From Malacoraja senta (Eukaryota), in contig JAXLNO010001237.1 in the NCBI GenBank assembly GCA_038087875.1, forward strand, positions 1 through 64,000: a stretch of 64,000 bases of DNA. Direction: 5' to 3'. The notes beneath the pieces are model-generated. The model worked only from the letters and a program-made list of their open reading frames with translations, did no database searches and was not told where the DNA came from. Made by a program: the position numbers and the translations under genes. Shown here in pieces: positions 61,701 through 64,000 of the stretch; position 1 is the stretch's first letter; every line of letters starts with the position of its first letter.

Positions 61701-62214
61701 CATTTACCAATGTGAATAAATTCAGATTTCAGGATGATATTGTCTCTTGAAAAATGTGGTTACTCATCACACATCTCCTCTCTGCCCAACTTTAGGTCGC
61801 CTCATATAAAACTTCCCATTGTTGTGCCAGATTCTAATAGTGAAAGGCCTGGATAGAATGGATGTGGAGAGGGTGTTTCCACCAGTGGGAGAGTCGAGGA
61901 CCAGAGGCCCTAGTACCTTTAGAAAAGAGATGAGGAGGAATTTATCTAGTCAGAGTGTGGTGAATCTGTGGAATTCATTGCCCCAAAAGGCTGTGGAGGC
62001 CAAGTCAATGGATATTTTTAAGGCGGAGATTGACAGTTTCTTGATTACTACGGGTGTCAGGGATTATGGGGAGAAGGCAGGAGAATGGGGTTGAGAGGGA
62101 AAGATAGATCAGCCATGATTGAATGGCCAAGTAGACCTGATGGGCCGAATGGCCTAATTCTGCTCCTATAACTTATGAAGCTTCATCATCCTGAAAAATG
62201 TCTGAAAACACTTA

Positions 62215-64000
62215 CATGTTTGTGTAAGTGTGTGGAAATGTGTGGAGGACCACATCCCCACAAAAACCCGAGTGTTTCCCAATCAGGAACGTAGGATGAA
62301 CTTTGAGATCCGCACTCATCTGAAGACCAGACACCGGGCATTCATGTCTGATGATACAGTGGTCTACAAGAAGTCCAGATACGACCTTGGTAAGGCCATC
62401 AAAAAGGCCAAAAGGGACCTGCTCCAAACTGGAGGATGAGACAGATGTTCGGCACCTGTGGCTGGGGCCTGAATGCAATCACCTCCTACAAGGCGAAATC
62501 AGGAGGCAGCTCGAATGTCGACGAAACATCACTCCATGACGACCTCAATGCGTTTTACGCACGCTTTGATAGGGAGAAAACTGATGTGCTTTCCCGAGCC
62601 CCCATTCGCTGTGATGGTATTTCAGTCACAGTCACAGAGGCCGACGTCAGGAAATCCTTCAGAGGGTTGAACACTCGAAAAGCGCCTGGACCTGATGGTA
62701 TACCCGGTCGTGTTCTAAAAACCTGTGCGGACCAACTGGCTGGAGTTTTTATGGACATTTTCAACCTCTCACTTCTGAGGTCTGAGGTTCCCACCTGCTT
62801 TAAAAGGGCATGAATTATACCAGTGCCCAAGAAGAGCAAGGTGATGTGCCTCAATAACTATCGACCAGTGACACTAACGTCTGTGGTGATTTGAGAGGTT
62901 GATCATGGCGCAAATCAACTCCTACCTCAACAAAAACCTGGACCCACTGCAGTTCGCTTACCGCCACAACAGATCAACGGTTGATGCGATCTCGCTGGCT
63001 CTCCACTCCGCTCTGGACCACTTGGACAACATAAACTCATATGTCAGGCTGTTATTCATTGATTGCAGCTTGGCATTTAATACAATCATCCCCTCCAAGC
63101 TGGTTACCAAACTCGCAGAACTTGGTCTCTGCACATCCTGCTGCAATTGGATCCTCGACTTCCTCATTCACAGACCACAGTCTGTTCGTATTGGTGGAAA
63201 TGTGTCAGCCTCGATAACAATCAGCATGGGAACACCTCAAGACTGCGTGCTCAGCCCCCTGCTGTACTCACTCTATACTCATGACTGCGTAGCCGGTCAT
63301 AGTGCGAACTCCATCATTAAGTTCGCTGACGACGCCATTGTTGTGGGACGAATCACTGATAGGGATGAGTCTGAGAATAGTAGAGAGATCGAGTGACTGT
63401 CCAAATGGTGCCAGCACAATAACCTGGCCCTCAACACCAGCAAAACCAAGCAACTGATTGTGGACTTTGGAAGGAGTAGGATGGGGACCCACAGTCCCGT
63501 TTATATCAACAGGTCGATGGTAGAAAGGGTCAAGAGCTTCAAATTCCTGGGCGTGCACATCTCTGAAGATCTTTCCTGGTCCAAGAACACTGATGCAATT
63601 AATAAGTAAGCACATCAGCGCCTCTACTTCCTGAGAAGATTTCAGAGAGTTGGTTTGTCAAGGAGGACTCTCTCTAACTTCTACAGGTGCACAGTAGAGA
63701 GCATGCTGACCGGTTGTATCGTGGCTTGGTTCGGCAACTTGAGCGCCCTGGAGTGGAAAAGACTACAAAAAGTAGTAAACATTGCCCAGTCCATCATCGG
63801 CTCTGACCTCCCTTCCATCGAGGGAATCTATCGCAGTCGCTGCCTCAAAAAGGCTGGCAGTATCATCAAGGACCCACACCATCCTGGCCACACACTCATC
63901 TCCCTACTACCTTCAGGTAGAAGGTACAGGAGCCTGAAGACTGCAATGACCAGGTTCAGGAATAGCTACTTCCCCACAGCCATCAGGCTATTAAACTTGG
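62215..64000 (+). mobile_element. Rex1/Babar LINE ORF2, frameshifted, running off the window
   Basis: [45 protein letters not shown] and KFADD motifs. Confidence 0.85.

Overview
Repeat-rich vertebrate genomic DNA. The repeat set (CR1, Rex1/Babar, Penelope and L1 LINEs, plus an HE1-like tRNA-derived SINE) points to a cartilaginous fish, probably a skate or ray; this is an inference. By hand I can splice one complete 10-exon gene on the minus strand (ATG 45972 to TAG 1934). All introns are GT-AG and phase-compatible, giving a 2133-nt CDS and a 710-aa protein. Architecture: split Ig/TCR-style leader, five tandem antigen-receptor-like V domains each with its J-like G strand already joined in the same exon (no RSS, no C domain), one uncharged TM helix, and a tail with an ITIM (VLYADI), an ITSM (TEYAAI) and a third ITIM-like Tyr. 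It looks like a non-rearranging multi-VJ inhibitory immune receptor, architecturally reminiscent of NITR/APAR/SIRP-type receptors but matching none that I recognise. The V-exon array shows recent duplication or conversion and a remnant of a lost exon. Nearly everything else is transposable-element debris, including nested insertions with TSDs and a templated insertion. TE boundaries are approximate. No rRNA, tRNA gene or CRISPR array is supported.
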